A stretch of 64,000 nucleotides of DNA from Gammaproteobacteria bacterium (GTDB lineage: Bacteria; Pseudomonadota; Gammaproteobacteria; Steroidobacterales; Foliamicaceae): NCBI GenBank assembly GCA_028821145.1, contig JAPPHC010000021.1:366-64365 (forward strand), read 5' to 3'. Shown in pieces: positions 50,348-60,840 of this stretch. The notes below the pieces were generated by a model, which saw only the letters and a program-made list of their open reading frames with translations, searched no databases and had not been told where the DNA came from. How positions within the stretch are numbered: the first letter of the stretch is position 1; every line of letters begins with the position of its first letter. Position numbers and translations under genes: made by a program.

Positions 50348-51318
50348 CCTGTGTCCGCGGAGATTATGGCCTGTCCGAGTTGATGCACGACGAGGGCGTA
50401 CATATAGCTGCGGTTGTAGCGCGTGATGACGTAGAAGTTGGGCAGCGCCAGCCAGTACTCGGGGCCGGACCCGCCGTTCATCAGCAGCAGCCCGGCAGGA
50501 GTCTCGTCCGGCAGGTCGCTGTCGAACAGAACGCCGTCCGAGCGCAGGGCCCCGAGCGTCGTGGGCGGAGACAGGCCCCGTTCCTGGGGCACGGCCCGGC
50601 TGTTTGCGGCCAGCCTTGCCGGCATCGCGACCGCCCCTCCGCGGCGCCAGCCGTGATCGCTCAGGTAGCCGGCCACGCTGCTGAGCACGTCGCGCCAGTT
50701 GGAGAACAGGTCGCGCCGGCCGTCGCCATCGCCGTCAACCGCATACCGGCGGTAACTGGACGGTATGAACTGGGCGCGGCCCATGGCGCCGGCATAAGAC
50801 CCCAGGACCTCCGCCGCGTCGAGCGCATCCTCGCTGTGCAGCACCAGAAAGTCCTTCAGTTCGCGGCGGAAAAAATCGCCGCGCCGGGGATGATGGAACG
50901 CCAGCGTGGCCAGCGAGTCCAGCACCAGGTGCCTGCCGGTGATCCGCCCGTAGCGGGTTTCGACACCGAGAATGCCCAGCACCACCGAAGCGGGAACCCC
51001 GGTATCGCTTTCCACCTTCGCCAGCGATTCGGCGTGCAGGCGCCCGAAGGCCTTCCCCGAGGAAATCCTTCCCGAGTCCATGAATATCGCCCGGTAGTCG
51101 CTCCATTCGACCGTGCGCTCTGGAGCGCGGCTCATGGCCTCGATCACTTCGGGGCGGAACTCCGCCGACGCGAGCAGCTTGCTGGCATCCTCCCGGTCCA
51201 GCCCCTCGTCGCGCACCAGTTCGTCGATGAACGCGCGGACTTCGGGTTCATCCACGTCGATGGCGCCCGCCGCGAGCGGCGCGCACAGGGCGGCCATAAG
51301 GAGGAATTTACGCAACAC
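50344..51318 (-). CDS. mltB: Lytic murein transglycosylase B
   Basis: GVETRYG, GSYAGAMG..QFIPSSY, ITRYNRS. Confidence 0.95.
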   Translation of the reverse strand: MLRKFLLMAALCAPLAAGAIDVDEPEVRAFIDELVRDEGLDREDASKLLASAEFRPEVIEAMSRAPERTVEWSDYRAIFMDSGRISSGKAFGRLHAESLAKVESDTGVPASVVLGILGVETRYGRITGRHLVLDSLATLAFHHPRRGDFFRRELKDFLVLHSEDALDAAEVLGSYAGAMGRAQFIPSSYRRYAVDGDGDGRRDLFSNWRDVLSSVAGYLSDHGWRRGGAVAMPARLAANSRAVPQERGLSPPTTLGALRSDGVLFDSDLPDETPAGLLLMNGGSGPEYWLALPNFYVITRYNRSYMYALVVHQLGQAIISADTG

Positions 51319-51325
51319 GGACTGA

Positions 51326-52432
51326 CTAGCGGGCGAGATAACGTCGATCGGAACGAATGGCCATGAGGATACCGAAGCCGGCCAGGAAAGTCACATTTGC
51401 GCTTCCGGCAACGCTGACCAGCGGCAGCGGCAATCCTACCACCGGCAAGAGCCCGGTCGTCATGGCCGCGTTCAGGGCAAAGCTGAAGAAGAATCCCAGC
51501 GCCAGGCTGGCGGCCACGATGCGGGAGTAGCGCCATTGCGCGGCGAATGCGATCTGCAACATGCGCACCGTAATGGCGATGAACAGCAGCATCGCGACGA
51601 CGACGCCCACAAATCCGAATTCCTCGCTGATTACCGCGAATATGAAGTCCGTCGTCGGTTCGGGGAGAAACCCGAACTGCGCCTGGCTGCTCTGCATGAA
51701 GCCCTTGCCGAAAGCGCCGCCGGAACCGATGGCGATCTTCGATTGAATGATGTGGTAGCCGGCTCCCAGCGGATCGGACTCCGGATTCAGCACGCTCAGA
51801 ATCCTCTGGCGCTGATAGTCACGCAGACTCACCCACAGCGCCGGAATCGCCAGCACGCCCACCGCCGCCCCGCCGTAAATGAACTTGCGGTTCAGGCCGG
51901 ACAGCAGCAGGGCGATGAAACCGAAACAGCCGATCACGACGGTGGTTCCCAGGTCGGGCTGACGACTGACCAGGACAGCCGGCGCCACGATCAGCAGCAG
52001 GGCCAGCAGGGTCTTCACAAAGCCGGGGCGTTCCCGCGAGCCATGGAACATGCAGGCCACCATCAGCGGGACCGCCAGCTTGGCGAACTCGGACGGCTGA
52101 AAGCGGATTCCCAGATTCAGCCAGCGGCGGGCGCCGCCGCCTTCTTCGCCCATCACCAGCACCAGCGCCAGCAGGACCATCACCGCGCCGTATGCCCAGG
52201 GCGTGGCGCGGATCATGAATCGAGGATTGATCTGGGCGAGAACCAGCATCAGCCCGAGCCCGATCACCAGGCGCGAAACCTGAAAAAGCACGACGTCGCC
52301 GCTGCCGCCGGAGGCGCTGAACAGAACCGCCAGCCCGCCCGCAATCAGCAGCATGACCCAAACGAGCAACCAGCCGTCCAGTTTCAGGCGCTGCAGCACG
52401 CCCATGCCCTGCTGAGCCACCAGCATGTTCAT
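51326..52432 (-). CDS. rodA: Rod shape-determining protein RodA
   Basis: GARRW, FQPSEFAK, QPDLGT, GYHIIQSKIAIGSGG, LPE..TDFIF. Confidence 0.95.
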   Translation of the reverse strand: MNMLVAQQGMGVLQRLKLDGWLLVWVMLLIAGGLAVLFSASGGSGDVVLFQVSRLVIGLGLMLVLAQINPRFMIRATPWAYGAVMVLLALVLVMGEEGGGARRWLNLGIRFQPSEFAKLAVPLMVACMFHGSRERPGFVKTLLALLLIVAPAVLVSRQPDLGTTVVIGCFGFIALLLSGLNRKFIYGGAAVGVLAIPALWVSLRDYQRQRILSVLNPESDPLGAGYHIIQSKIAIGSGGAFGKGFMQSSQAQFGFLPEPTTDFIFAVISEEFGFVGVVVAMLLFIAITVRMLQIAFAAQWRYSRIVAASLALGFFFSFALNAAMTTGLLPVVGLPLPLVSVAGSANVTFLAGFGILMAIRSDRRYLAR

Positions 52433-54309
52433 TGCGCCCGGGCCACCAGGTCCGGCGGCGCATTGCCCGCCAGGTAGGTATCCAGAAGACGGCTGGCCAC
52501 CTCGGCGGCGGGGCCGGACCCCGAACCGCCGTTCTCCACAATCACGGCAATCGCGATCACGGGATCGTGGACCGGGGCGAAGGCCACGAACAGCGAATGG
52601 TCCCGGAAGCGCTCCTCGACCTCTTCGGGCATTTCCTCGTCGTCCTGCGGCATCGCCCGTACCTGCGAGGTTCCGGTCTTGCCCGCCATCCGGAAGTCAA
52701 GCCGCGCGCCGGTCGCCCTGGCCGTTCCGCGCGGGCCGTGGACGACGCCAACCATGGAATCGACGACCGTGCGCCAGTGTTCCACCGCTTCCGAAGCGAG
52801 CGTGCCGGTCTGCACCGGCGGCATCCTCACCAGGCTGCCGCTTGCCGGGTCGCGGATGGCCTCGACCAGCCGCGGCCTGTAGCGCCGCCCCCGCATCGCA
52901 AGCTGCGCGACTGCCTGCGCGAGCTGCAGGGGCGTAACCGTCAGGTAGCCCTGTCCAATGCCCGCCACGACGGTGTCGCCCTGGAACCAGCGCTGTTGCG
53001 CAGGATCGCTGAAATTGGCGCGTTTCCAGGCCCTGGAAGGCACGATTCCGGCGCTTTCGCCAGCCACGTCCACGCCGGTCGGCGTGCCGAAGCCGAATTG
53101 AACGAGACTGTCGTGCAAACCTTCAACATTCATGTCGCGCGCCAGTTGGTAGAAGTAGACGTCGCAGGACTCCGCAACGGCGTCATGAAGATTCATCGCG
53201 CCATGCCCTTCCCGCTTCCAGTCCCGAAAGACCCGCCGGCTGCCCGGCAGCCGGAAGCTGCCCCAGCAATTGACCGTCTGGTCCGGCTCGCGATGCCCGG
53301 CCGTCAGTGCGGAGAACGCCAGCATCGGCTTGATGGTGGAGCCTGGAGGGTAGGTCCCGCGCACCGCCCGGTTGAACATGGGCCGGTCGGTGTTGCGGTT
53401 CAGTTCGGCAAAGGCGCCGCGGTCCATGCCGGCAACGAAATCGTTGGGGTCGAAGGCCGGGCTGCTTACCAGGACCAGTACGCCGCCGTCCCTGGGATCG
53501 ATTGCGACAACCGCGCCCCGGCGCGAATCCATGGCGGCGTACGCCTCCGCCTGAAGGTTCCTGTCGATCGCCAGGAGCAGGTCGGCCCCCGGTTCGGGTT
53601 CCAGTTCGCGCGTACGCGAAAGCGGACGCCCGTAAGCGTTCGTAACGACTCGCTCGCTGCCCGCACTTCCGCGCAGGTAGTCCTCGTAACTGCCCTCCAC
53701 GCCGGTCTTGCCGAGGTGGGATATCCCGGCGTACTCCTCCGGTTCCAGGCGCTCCTTGTCTTCGGCGCTGACTGCGGTCACATAGCCCAGACCGTGGGCG
53801 CCCGCCTCGCCCAGGGGGTATTCCCTGAGCAGCAATCCCTCGATGTCCACGCCGGCGAACCGGTGGCGCACAACCGCGAACCTGGCGACCAGCTCATCGC
53901 TCAGGCGGGTCCGTATCGGAATGGCTTCGAAGGGCTGCGAGCGTCTTGAGGATTCAATCAGCTCGGGCTTGGTGTCCGCATCGAGGATTCCGGAATGCGC
54001 AAGGCGCTCGAGCGTGCCGGACAGGTCGTCCACCTGTTCCGGCACCAGGGTCAGACGGAATCCAGCCCGGTTGGCCACGATCACTTCCCCGTTGCGGTCG
54101 AGGATGACTCCCCGCCGCGGCGCCACCTTGCGGGCCTGCACCTGGTTGCCCAGGGCCTGTCCGGCGTAATAGCCGTGCTGGATCAATTGCAGATAGCTCA
54201 GTCGGGCCAGCAGCACGCACGTCAGGAGCCCCAGCAGAAAAACCATGTAGGTGGCCCGCCGGACGAGCGTGCCCGGCTCCACGTGCTGGCTTGCCGGCCG
54301 GGTCGCCAT
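52429..54309 (-). CDS. mrdA: Penicillin-binding protein 2
   Basis: RG-ILDRNG, PGSTIK, SCDVYFY, GKTGT. Confidence 0.95.
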   Translation of the reverse strand: MATRPASQHVEPGTLVRRATYMVFLLGLLTCVLLARLSYLQLIQHGYYAGQALGNQVQARKVAPRRGVILDRNGEVIVANRAGFRLTLVPEQVDDLSGTLERLAHSGILDADTKPELIESSRRSQPFEAIPIRTRLSDELVARFAVVRHRFAGVDIEGLLLREYPLGEAGAHGLGYVTAVSAEDKERLEPEEYAGISHLGKTGVEGSYEDYLRGSAGSERVVTNAYGRPLSRTRELEPEPGADLLLAIDRNLQAEAYAAMDSRRGAVVAIDPRDGGVLVLVSSPAFDPNDFVAGMDRGAFAELNRNTDRPMFNRAVRGTYPPGSTIKPMLAFSALTAGHREPDQTVNCWGSFRLPGSRRVFRDWKREGHGAMNLHDAVAESCDVYFYQLARDMNVEGLHDSLVQFGFGTPTGVDVAGESAGIVPSRAWKRANFSDPAQQRWFQGDTVVAGIGQGYLTVTPLQLAQAVAQLAMRGRRYRPRLVEAIRDPASGSLVRMPPVQTGTLASEAVEHWRTVVDSMVGVVHGPRGTARATGARLDFRMAGKTGTSQVRAMPQDDEEMPEEVEERFRDHSLFVAFAPVHDPVIAIAVIVENGGSGSGPAAEVASRLLDTYLAGNAPPDLVARAQ

Positions 54310-54315
54310 GCGCGA

Positions 54316-54771
54316 TCAGATCCTGACGAACAGGAACGCGATCAGGATCAGCACGCCCCCGGTCATCAGGCTGCTTGCAAGCCCGGCCCAGGAGCCGGCG
54401 TAATCGAACCAGCCCCCGATCAGCGCCACCACGCCCAGGTACGCCGTCATCATCAGCATCGCCAGGAGAAACCTGAGCCAGGGAGGCGAGGAAACGACCC
54501 AGTGGCGCATATTGGCGGCAAGAAAAACCAGCACGGTGGCCGCCAGGGCGTGCAGACCCAGAGGCGAGCCCACCAGCAGGTCCTGAAGCAGTCCGGCGAC
54601 AGCCGCTACCGCAAGCCGCGCGTCCTCGGGAGCGACAATGACCAGCCAGATCAGCGCGACGGCCAGCCAGGGAGGCTGCCACAGCCCCACGAGCTGCGGC
54701 AGCGGCACGACGCTGATCAGCAAGGCCGCGCCTACCAGCGCGTAATTCCGCGCAACGGCGCCTTCCGTCAT
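54316..54771 (-). CDS. mreD: MreD
   Basis: Hydrophobic; GLLQDLLVGSPLGLHAL; lies between mreC and mrdA. Confidence 0.85.
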   Translation of the reverse strand: MTEGAVARNYALVGAALLISVVPLPQLVGLWQPPWLAVALIWLVIVAPEDARLAVAAVAGLLQDLLVGSPLGLHALAATVLVFLAANMRHWVVSSPPWLRFLLAMLMMTAYLGVVALIGGWFDYAGSWAGLASSLMTGGVLILIAFLFVRI

Positions 54772-55685
54772 GATCCTGCCGCGGCGGCGGGCGAGTCCCC
54801 GTTGACGGGTCCCGGTTCTGCGCCCGGCGGCGGCGGCTCCGAACGCAGCAACAATACCTGGCGGGGATTTTCGAGGTTGGCCGAGGGCGACACGAACGCC
54901 TCCAGGAAAGCCTCGCCCGAAGAGTTGCGCACATCCTCCACCACGCCGACCCTCAATCCCGCGGGGAACAGGCCGCCGGTGCCGGAGCTGACCACGGTAT
55001 CGCCCTGAATCACGTCGGCATGGGCCGGTACGAAGGGCAGCAGCAGGCGATGGTCCCTGCGGCCGGTGCCCAGGGCGATGGCCTGCAGTCCCGTGCGCTC
55101 GAACATCACGTTCAGGGCGTGATTGGCGTCGCTGATCAGCAGCGCCTCCGAAGTAACGAGGTAATCGCGGGTCACCTGGCCGACCACCCCGCCGGAATCG
55201 ACGACCGGCTGACCGATAAACGCGCCCTGCCGGCTGCCCTTGTTCAGCGTCACGCGGTGGCGGGAGGGATCCGGATTTCCGGGCAGGGTCTCGGCGGTCA
55301 GATTGTTCGAACCGAGCTGGGCGTTGAGCGCGTGCAGCGATCGCAGTTCTTCATTCTCGGATTTCAGCGCCGACATCTGCTGCAGGTCCACGTCCTGGAG
55401 CAACAGCCGCGTACGCAGTTCCTGGTTTTCGCGCATCAGGGACGACTGTTCGCGGAAATAGCCCTGAACCCCGCGAAAGCCTCCGGAAACGAGGCGCACG
55501 GTCGCCTGAACCGGCACAAGCATCAATTCACCGATCCCGCGCACCTTCTGGACGGCGGGAAAGTTCGCTTCGACGACCAGCAGGCCGAAACTCAAAAGGC
55601 AGATCAGCAGGCACTCGCCCGCACGGCTCGGTCCTTTTCGCCTGCGAAAGCGATCCGCCCTGAGCGTTGCGGTCCACCGGTTCAC
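54768..55685 (-). CDS. mreC: MreC
   Basis: TM, coiled coil EN..LR, NKGS..G, GVVGQV, SGTGGLFPAG. Confidence 0.92.
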   Translation of the reverse strand: MNRWTATLRADRFRRRKGPSRAGECLLICLLSFGLLVVEANFPAVQKVRGIGELMLVPVQATVRLVSGGFRGVQGYFREQSSLMRENQELRTRLLLQDVDLQQMSALKSENEELRSLHALNAQLGSNNLTAETLPGNPDPSRHRVTLNKGSRQGAFIGQPVVDSGGVVGQVTRDYLVTSEALLISDANHALNVMFERTGLQAIALGTGRRDHRLLLPFVPAHADVIQGDTVVSSGTGGLFPAGLRVGVVEDVRNSSGEAFLEAFVSPSANLENPRQVLLLRSEPPPPGAEPGPVNGDSPAAAAGS

Positions 55686-55706
55686 GGCGCTATCCCATCT
55701 GACCCC

Positions 55707-56774
55707 TCAGTCCCACCGCGGGCCGGCGATCTCGCTGGCGAAACGCACCGTTCCCTGGGTCTCCACCAGGTGTCCGCAACCGCGCACCACGCAGGTCAGC
55801 GGATCTTCGGCCACGAAGGCGGGCACCGCGGCGCGTTCCCGGATAAGCGAATCCAGCTTCGGCAGCAGCGCGCCGCCGCCGGCCAGCACCAGGCCGCGCT
55901 GGCTGATGTCGGCGCCCAGCTCCGGCGGGGTATGCGAGAGGACGTCCAGCACCGCCTGGACGATTTCCTCCAGGGTGTCGTTCAGGGCGTCGCGCACCTC
56001 GTTGCTGTTCAGCGTGAACTGGGAGTGCAGGCCGCGCGAAAGACTGCGTCCGTGCAGCTTGATCTCGCTGATTTCCTCGCCCGGATAGGCGCTGGCCACC
56101 TCGCGCTTGATCACTTCGGCCTGGCTGGGTCCGATCGACATGCCGTGGTTGCGGCGCACGTACTGCACGATGGCGTCGTCCATCCGGGTTCCGCCGGCCT
56201 TGACGGAGCGCGCGTAGACCACGCTTGACATCGACAGGACCGCGACTTCGGAGGTGCCGCCCCCGATGTCCACCACCATGTTGCCGCAGGGCCGGTGCAC
56301 CGGCAGACCCGCGCCGATGGCCGCGACGATGGGCTCGTCCACTACGAACACCTCGCGCGCGCCCGCATCGCGGGCCGATTCCTCGATGGCCCGGCGATCC
56401 ACCGGCGTGGCGCCGTGCGGGACGCAGATCACCAGGCGCCGGACGGCCGGGCGAAAGAAGCCCAGGCCCAGGGCCTTGATGATGAAGTGCTTGAGCATTT
56501 GCTCGGCGACTTCGTAGTTGGCGATCACGCCATCCTTCAGGGGCTTGACGATCTGCAGATCGCGCGGGGTGCGCCCCAGCATTCCGAACGCTTCCGCGCC
56601 GATGGCCAGCACGCCGTCCGAACCGACATCGGCGCCGCGGCGAAGCGCGACGACGGAAGGTTCGTTCAGGACGATCCCCCGCCCGCAGACGTAAACAAGG
56701 GTGTTGGCGGTGCCCAGATCTATGGCCAGATCCACGGCCAGCCGCTCAATGAAACCACGGACAAAATTGCTCAT
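55707..56774 (-). CDS. mreB: MreB (diverged)
   Basis: IDLGTANT, EPSVVA, DIGGGTSE, GGGALL, AEDPLTCV. Confidence 0.95.
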   Translation of the reverse strand: MSNFVRGFIERLAVDLAIDLGTANTLVYVCGRGIVLNEPSVVALRRGADVGSDGVLAIGAEAFGMLGRTPRDLQIVKPLKDGVIANYEVAEQMLKHFIIKALGLGFFRPAVRRLVICVPHGATPVDRRAIEESARDAGAREVFVVDEPIVAAIGAGLPVHRPCGNMVVDIGGGTSEVAVLSMSSVVYARSVKAGGTRMDDAIVQYVRRNHGMSIGPSQAEVIKREVASAYPGEEISEIKLHGRSLSRGLHSQFTLNSNEVRDALNDTLEEIVQAVLDVLSHTPPELGADISQRGLVLAGGGALLPKLDSLIRERAAVPAFVAEDPLTCVVRGCGHLVETQGTVRFASEIAGPRWD

Positions 56775-56866
56775 CGGCGCAGCACATCCCTGGGAGCGGT
56801 CACTCCCTTGAAATCGCGCAAATCATAGCAGATCAAGCAAAACAGCCCTATAGTATTCGCCACAAA

Positions 56867-57193
56867 ATGAACAACCTCCAGACACCCAGGGACCCTGAGC
56901 CGGCCGGAGATTTCTCCGACGAGGAACTGCTGCGCGTGGCGCGGTTGACCCGCCTTGCGCTGGAGGAAGGCGAGAAGGAAGAGCTGGTCGGCACCCTGCG
57001 CCGGATCATCGGTTTCGTGCAGGTATTGCAGCAACTCGACACAGGGGGCGTGGAGCCCATGGTGCATCCGCTGGATCTCGTGCTCCCCCTGCGCGCCGAC
57101 GAAGTGACGGAGACCGACGTGCGCGCGGACGCCCAGGCCTGTGCGCCGGATGTCGTGGACGGCCTGTACCGCGTGCCGAAAGTCATCGAATAG
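56867..57193 (+). CDS. gatC: Amidotransferase subunit C
   Basis: VARLTRL, VEPMVHP, LRADEV, YRVPKVIE. Confidence 0.93.
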   Translation: MNNLQTPRDPEPAGDFSDEELLRVARLTRLALEEGEKEELVGTLRRIIGFVQVLQQLDTGGVEPMVHPLDLVLPLRADEVTETDVRADAQACAPDVVDGLYRVPKVIE

Positions 57194-57208
57194 CCGGAAC
57201 GGACCTTC

Positions 57209-58687
57209 ATGATCGACTTTTCCCTGAGCGGTCTTCGACGCGCCCTGGACTCGGGCGACATCAGCAGCGTCGAACTCACGCAGGCATGCCTGGACCGCAT
57301 AGAGGAACGGAACCCCGAGCTGAACGCGTTCCTGACCGTGTGCGGCGAATCGGCGCTCGACGGGGCGCGCCGGGCCGATGCCGGCCGCGCGAACGGCGGG
57401 GCCCTGGCGGGGATACCCATAGCCCACAAGGACATATTCTGCACCCGGGGCGTGCGCACCACGGCCGGTTCGGGGATTCTGGACAACTTCGTTCCGCCCT
57501 ACGACGCCACCGTCGTGGAACGGCTGGCGGAAGCCGGCGCGTTGCTGATCGGCAAGACCAACATGGACGAATTCGCGATGGGCTCGTCCAACGAGACGAG
57601 CTACGCCGGTCCGGTGCGCAATCCCTGGAACCTTTCCCGCTCGCCCGGAGGCTCGTCGGGCGGATCGGCCGCCGCCGTGGCCGCCGGCCTGGTTCCGGCG
57701 GCGACCGGCACGGACACGGGCGGGTCGGTGCGCCAGCCGGCGGCCCTGTGCGGGCTGACTGGCTTCCGGCCCAGCTACGGGCGGGTGTCGCGCTACGGAA
57801 TGATCGCGTTCGCCTCCAGCCTGGACCAGGCCGGCTCGATTACGCGCACGGCCGAGGACGCGGCCATGCTGCTGGACAGCATGGCCGGCCACGATCCGCG
57901 CGACTCGACCTGCGCGGAGCGCGGCGGCGAGGACTATTCGGGCCCCCTGCAGGGCCTGAAGGGCAAGGCCCTCGAGGGCGTGCGCGTGGGCGTCGTCAGG
58001 GAGTTCATGGACGAGGGGCTGGACGCCCGCTGCCGGCAGGTGTTCGTGGACAACATGGATACGCTGCGCGGCCTGGGGGCGGTCATCAGCGAAGTTTCGC
58101 TGCCGCGGCTGCCGCTCTCGGTTCCGGTCTATTACGTCGTAGCGCCCGCCGAATGCTCGTCCAACCTGTCGCGCTTCGACGGCGTGCGATTCGGTCTGCG
58201 CGAAGCGGGCGCCGACAGTCTGGAGGAGCTGTATACGAGGACCCGCCGGGCCGGCTTCGGCGAGGAGGTCCGGCGCCGCATACTGGTGGGCGGCTGGGTG
58301 CTGTCCAAGGGTTATTTCGACGCCTATTACCTTCAGGCCCAGCGCGTGCGCCGGCTGGTCGCGGCCGATTTCAGCGAGGCCTTCGAAACGGTGGACCTGC
58401 TGGCGGGACCGACCGCGCCCGCTCCGGCCTTCGGGATCGGCGAGAAAATCGACGACCCGATCCAGATGTACTTGAACGATGTCTATACCATCGGCGCCAG
58501 CCTGGCCGGAATCCCCGCCATTTCGATTCCCGCCGGTACGGTGGACGGGCTGCCGGTGGGATTGCAGCTCATGGGCCGGCCGTTTGCCGAAACGGACGTG
58601 TTGCGCGCCGCGCACGCCTACCAGCTGGAGACCGACTGGCACCGTCTGTGGCCGCCCGGCATGTCGGCGCCCGTCGGCTCGGCCTGA
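57209..58687 (+). CDS. gatA: Amidotransferase subunit A
   Basis: KTNMDEFAMGSS, GGSSGGS, GTDTGGSVRQPA. Confidence 0.97.
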   Translation: MIDFSLSGLRRALDSGDISSVELTQACLDRIEERNPELNAFLTVCGESALDGARRADAGRANGGALAGIPIAHKDIFCTRGVRTTAGSGILDNFVPPYDATVVERLAEAGALLIGKTNMDEFAMGSSNETSYAGPVRNPWNLSRSPGGSSGGSAAAVAAGLVPAATGTDTGGSVRQPAALCGLTGFRPSYGRVSRYGMIAFASSLDQAGSITRTAEDAAMLLDSMAGHDPRDSTCAERGGEDYSGPLQGLKGKALEGVRVGVVREFMDEGLDARCRQVFVDNMDTLRGLGAVISEVSLPRLPLSVPVYYVVAPAECSSNLSRFDGVRFGLREAGADSLEELYTRTRRAGFGEEVRRRILVGGWVLSKGYFDAYYLQAQRVRRLVAADFSEAFETVDLLAGPTAPAPAFGIGEKIDDPIQMYLNDVYTIGASLAGIPAISIPAGTVDGLPVGLQLMGRPFAETDVLRAAHAYQLETDWHRLWPPGMSAPVGSA

Positions 58688-58701
58688 CAGAGGATCGCGC
58701 G

Positions 58702-60129
<1,428 letters not shown>

Positions 60130-60135
60130 CGGTAT

Positions 60136-60840
60136 ATGAGCACGTCCGCCATCCGTACGCGCGAGTTGACGCGGACCTACCGTATGGGAACCGATACGGT
60201 GGTGGCGCTGTGCGACGTCAGCCTGGCGGTGCGGCCCAACGAGTACCTGGCCGTCACGGGCCCGTCCGGATCGGGAAAATCGACGCTGATGAACCTGCTC
60301 GGCTGCCTGGAGACGCCCACCGCGGGAGACTATTGGCTGAACGGCGTGCACGTGTCGCGCATGAGCGGCCGGGAGCTGGCCAGGGTGCGCAACCGGCAGG
60401 TGGGTTTCGTGTTCCAGACCTTCAATCTGCTGGAGCGCTGCAGCGCCGTGCAGAATGTGGAGGCGCCCCTGATCTATGCCCGGATGCGCCGCCGCGAACG
60501 CCTGAAGCGGGCGACCGAGGCCCTGGAACGGGTCGGGCTGGCCGACCGCCTCGCGCACCGGCCCAGCCAGCTCTCGGGCGGGCAGCGGCAAAGAGTGGCG
60601 ATCGCGCGCGCGCTGGTTACGCGCCCGAGCATCTTGCTGGCGGACGAACCGACGGGTAATCTGGACTCCGCGACCGGAGCGGAAGTCCTGACATTGTTCG
60701 ATTCCCTGCACAGTGACGGTCACACGCTGATCGTCGTTACCCATGACGCCGGCATCGCCGCGCGCGCCCAGCGCAGGATCGAGATGCTGGACGGCCGGAT
60801 CAAGGCCGACACCGGCGCCTCCGGTGAAGCCCGTGCTTGA
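60136..60840 (+). CDS. ABC ATPase, LolD/MacB family
   Basis: [40 protein letters not shown]; stop codon lies within repeat copy 6. Confidence 0.93.
   Translation: MSTSAIRTRELTRTYRMGTDTVVALCDVSLAVRPNEYLAVTGPSGSGKSTLMNLLGCLETPTAGDYWLNGVHVSRMSGRELARVRNRQVGFVFQTFNLLERCSAVQNVEAPLIYARMRRRERLKRATEALERVGLADRLAHRPSQLSGGQRQRVAIARALVTRPSILLADEPTGNLDSATGAEVLTLFDSLHSDGHTLIVVTHDAGIAARAQRRIEMLDGRIKADTGASGEARA

Noticed and set aside
57286-58701. Apparent N-terminal extensions or fusions of gatB (and of thyA 37793, DUF1838 38725, apaG 39465, ksgA 43110)
   Set aside because: Arg/Gly/Pro-rich off-frame read-through across the upstream gene; real starts are identifiable by family N-termini.
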